A stretch of DNA of 52,535 nt, filler included, from Bipalium vagum (lineage: Eukaryota): the NCBI GenBank assembly GCA_037834085.1. It is 3 parts of 3 records of this genome, joined end to end, with 100 filler letters (N's around TTAATTAATTAA, not from the genome) between each part and the next. Parts side by side here need not be neighbours in the genome. Positions count along the whole stretch, not along the records: positions 33,476 to 52,535 come from JBBMKC010012199.1; 2 more parts are not named here. One strand, given 5' to 3'. Below are positions 48,811 to 52,535 of this stretch, piece after piece; position 1 is the stretch's first letter; each line of letters opens with the position of its first letter. Both the position numbers and the translations under genes were made by a program. The notes beneath the pieces are model-generated. The model made no database searches. It saw only the letters and a list, made by a program, of their open reading frames with translations, and had not been told where the DNA came from.

Positions 48811-49827
48811 ATAACATAAAACTATAATTATTTAGAATTTAATAATTTATTAATAAATAATATTTGTTAAATTAACAAATTAAATATTGTTTGAATGTTC
48901 AGATTTGTGCTGGCAGAAATGAATCAATAATAAAACAAAAGCCGTTCAAATCTATAAATACTAATGTGAAAACCAAACCAGAAATTTTATTTGGAACTAA
49001 ATGTATAACATTGAAATAAGGCATTTAAATATTTAATAATTATTTATATATATTTAATATTTATATTTTTTGTTGTTGCTTGGTTACAATTTTTATATTG
49101 CTAATTTTAATAATACACCGCCATTTTTAATATAAAATAATAAATTGTTAAATTTAATTAAATTTATTTTAATAATTTATATTGTCTACGTGGGTGAAAT
49201 ATAATATTTTTATCATATTTTGTTTTACTATTCTTGTAATTTTTATTATAATGCAAAGAAATCCATAAATCGTAGACAATTTTAATTTTTGAAAAATTAA
49301 CCATCTTTTATAAATTATATTTTTTTAATTAAAGAGTTTCCTAATATTTGATTCACTATTTGAAAAATTACCGAAACATTAATAATAAATGTTTATTTAT
49401 TATTTCTGAAATAAAAGGGCAAAGATATTAAATTAAGGAATATAAAATCTAATTTTTTATTTTTTAATTAAATTTATTTATTTATTTTATTATTTAAATT
49501 TGAATAATAAATAATAAGCTGAAAAATAATAAAATATAAATATTGATTAATTATTTACTAAAATATATAAAATAATATATAATATTATTTAAACAAATTT
49601 TATGTTGTCTGCTAAATAATTATTACATATTGTAAGGAAATAATTTAAATGTCTCTAAAATTATACTTTCTCCACATTTATGTTCTACTTATTAATGATA
49701 TAATTAGACTTTATAATTTGTATTAATTTATGTATGATAATAATTATATATAATGAAATATTCAGTCGATTATTTTGAGAAATTAATATAAAAACATAAA
49801 ATAAAGATGTTGTATTATATAAAATAT

Positions 49828-50630
49828 ATCAGGTTGGCAGGAAAGTAATGTCTTTGTTTAAACGGATTCGAAATTAAATATTTATTTTAATCTGTATTTT
49901 ATCATAAAAAACTGTTTTTGTTTATATATATTATAAAAATGGCGCCTCAATTAAATTACATATTTGACGTTTATTTTCAACACAATTTTTTGTATTTTTC
50001 AATTTAACATGAATGACGATAAGCTATAAAACACTTTTTATTAGTCTGGTAAAGTATATCACATCAACATAGAGATCAGATATTGTACGAAGGCTGTTTG
50101 AAAATCCTTTGAATGACAGTATTTATTTAACATTAGAAAAGAAATATAAAAGCCATTTTAATATTTAATCTTTAACACTAACATATTTATAATATCATTT
50201 CCAAATGTGTAAAGTCATTTGTTTAAATTATGGGTGGAAAATGGAGTCATATTTTGCATCAAATTCCCACAGGAATGGTTAAAAAAACAAATATTCATTG
50301 GACCGCCCTAACGTACGCCATCCTTATTTGTTCAATGCGGAGACATATGAAACATAAAAAGTAGCCGTGAAAATTTTATTTATCTGGAAGAGACTGAGAA
50401 TATCATCACTGTTATCAAAGACTAGAAGGAAAAAAAAGAAGATAAAGATCATATTTCTGCAAAAAAAAGAACCCGCTCACAAATGCTTTTTGACCATGAC
50501 AAAATTAAATGGTAGATTATTGTGGAAAATGATGGTGACTAAATTATTTATTTATTATATTTTTTATTAAATATATGTTATTCTAAAATTCTGCTTTTGA
50601 TCGTCAGTTTCTTTTTGGGGTTCCCGATGT
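49828..50630 (+). mobile_element. Highly degenerate mariner remnant(s)
   Basis: TIR-like tatcaggttggcaggaaagtaatg, with weak remnants of the HPY motif and a W..IVENDGD C-terminus. Confidence 0.4.
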
Positions 50631-51719
50631 AAAACATTTACATATAAAATAATGCATTTGTTTAAAAGAATAATGTTTTATAACGCCACCACGTGCAACC
50701 ATCATCCGACATTTTTTCTTAAGAGACATTGTAATAATTTCTTAGGAAATTATATTTACCTAAATTAATATTTATAAATAAATAAATAGTAATAATAATG
50801 ATAATAATCATTAATTAATAATAAATAATAAAAAAAATAATTTTTTAATTTAATGGAAAAATTTATGATCAATTTTTTTTGTCTACAAGAAAAGTTTTTA
50901 TTACAATCTTCCACAACTTATTATTCTCGTAGACAAGACGTAAAGGGCCTAAAATATTTAATGTAATATTAATAAAAAATAATGAAAATAACAGTAAAAG
51001 AAAGGAAATATTAATATAAAAAAACTGTAATTAAAACATTTCAAAGGAAACAATAAATAATCAACGGTTGAAATTTTTAAAACAATTTTTGTTCTTCCTC
51101 TATGATTACATAAAACATTTTTTTACTTAATTAAGTTTTTAAAAATGTTCATTTTTTGTTTTAATGAATTTATAAAACTTATTTTATAATAAATATACAA
51201 AATGGCTAACAACTAATTTTTTAGTCTCGATCAATACAATTTAAACAACAATAGTTTTATTAATTATGTTATTTAACCCATATAAAATGTATCTGGTCAT
51301 TTTGAAATTAATTACAGATTGCAATCTAAATTAAAACGAAAAATTAAAAAAACGGTTTTCACAAAATTTAAATTATTTTATATAGTTTAAATATACTAAA
51401 ATTTTTCTTTGTGAATTGAAACAAAAACAAAAAATCCAAATATATCGGAAATAATTTGAAATAGAGTACTGTTGGAAACTTTATTTTCTCTTTAAATTTA
51501 AAAAATAATTTAAAAAGTGCAATAAAAAATTAATACAATAATAATTAATTATTTAATTTAATTATTATTAATTTAATGTGTAAATTATAAAATTAAATAA
51601 TTCCGATTTGTATTGGGAGGGTTTATTAATTCTAGTCTGAAATTGAAATAATCAATAGCGCTTGTTATATTTGTATCAAAGTCAAAATAACAATAGATTT
51701 TAAATATCTGAATATTTAA

Positions 51720-52535
51720 TATATCAGTTCATAAGTTTATATAAATTTAGAAGTTCTATTTCTTTAAATAAACCCTTTTAGAAAGAGAAATAAATGAATA
51801 TGTCAAAATTACAGTTGAGACAAGCACTAATTTTCTTATTTCATATGAAAAATCAGCAGCGTAAGTATATCAAAAGGTTGTGAAAATATATGCTGATGAG
51901 GCTCCATCGTTGCTAAACTACAAATTCTGATTAATCAGATTTAAATCAGATGATTTCGAATTGAATGATAAAGGAAGACAGTGTGATCCAAAGAGTTTGA
52001 AGAGAGTGATTTCTGAGATTTGTTGGATGACAACTCTTCTCAAATAGAGAAACAGTTAGCTGTGACATTAAATAAACATCGATGAACAATTTCCAGACGG
52101 CTACATGCACTGGGAAAAATTCAAAATGAGAGAAAATGAATCTCATAATTTTAGTGAAAATGCTGTATGTAGCATTAATTTGACAGATAAAGAACAGATT
52201 TTCGTGATGAAGTGTTATGGGCGATTAAAACTGATTTTTTTCCATATTCATAAATGAAAAAAATCATGGCAGACATCAACGTTCAACACAACGCTCAAAA
52301 ATTATGATTAGAAAGTCATGTTTTGTATTTGTGGGGTATGGAAGGTGTCACGTATTATGAAGTTTTGAAATCGAGGGAAACCGTAACATCATAAACTTAA
52401 AAGAGGAAATGATGAATTGAATAAAATAAAACCTGTAATAGCCAGCATTAGAAGCATAGTCAATCTTTTGATACTTTATTGCAAAATATTCGTGATAATA
52501 TTTATATATTTTTATTTACAAACATGGCATCATAG
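51720..52535 (+). mobile_element. Degenerate mariner element (runs to window end)
   Basis: RQALIFLFHMKKSAA..VKIYADEAPS..RFKSDDFELNDKGR, VMGD and KVMFCICGVWKVSRIMK-like WWD..G..YE region. Confidence 0.8.

Noticed and set aside
31430-52535. Numerous 60-100 aa hydrophobic F/I/L-rich ORFs (e.g. 32696-32878, 37231-37428, 42746-42976, 46906-47163)
   Set aside because: Expected products of AT-rich low-complexity DNA or antisense of Lys/Asn-rich relics.
1-52535. CRISPR arrays, tRNA/rRNA genes and prokaryotic operons or defence systems
   Set aside because: No regular repeat-spacer array or recognisable structural RNA seen. The spliceosomal gene structures show the DNA is eukaryotic.

Overview
AT-rich eukaryotic (animal) genomic DNA with mostly very short spliceosomal introns (about 45-62 nt). 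It consists of three contigs joined by identical artificial 100-bp spacers (N44-TTAATTAATTAA-N44 at 17385-17484 and 33376-33475). Manual splicing supports five host genes, most missed or fragmented by the ORF track: (1,2) two paralogous secreted F-type lectin + PAN/apple-like genes with identical internal exon sizes (<1-976 and 8705-10446); (3) the 5' part of an R7-family RGS gene (RGS6/7-like DEP-DHEX, 14222-17146, cut by the gap); (4) a complete two-LIM CSRP/muscle LIM protein gene (23570-24778); (5) a complete secreted single-domain C-type lectin on the minus strand (27387-26762). Most remaining DNA is a transposon graveyard: many mariner/Tc1/pogo remnants, two internally deleted Merlin (ISXO2-like) elements with TIRs and 8-bp TSDs, and a Gypsy integrase remnant. 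The most unusual segment is a decayed minus-strand gene block (about 34950-38560) resembling a Polinton/adintovirus. It contains a fibre-stalk-like motif and a membrane protein with both PTAP and LYPxL late-domain-like motifs, and lies next to an unidentified frameshifted ORF with two HxxCxxC...CxFH motifs. I see no intact novel system that I can prove from sequence alone. All family assignments are by motif recognition without database searches.
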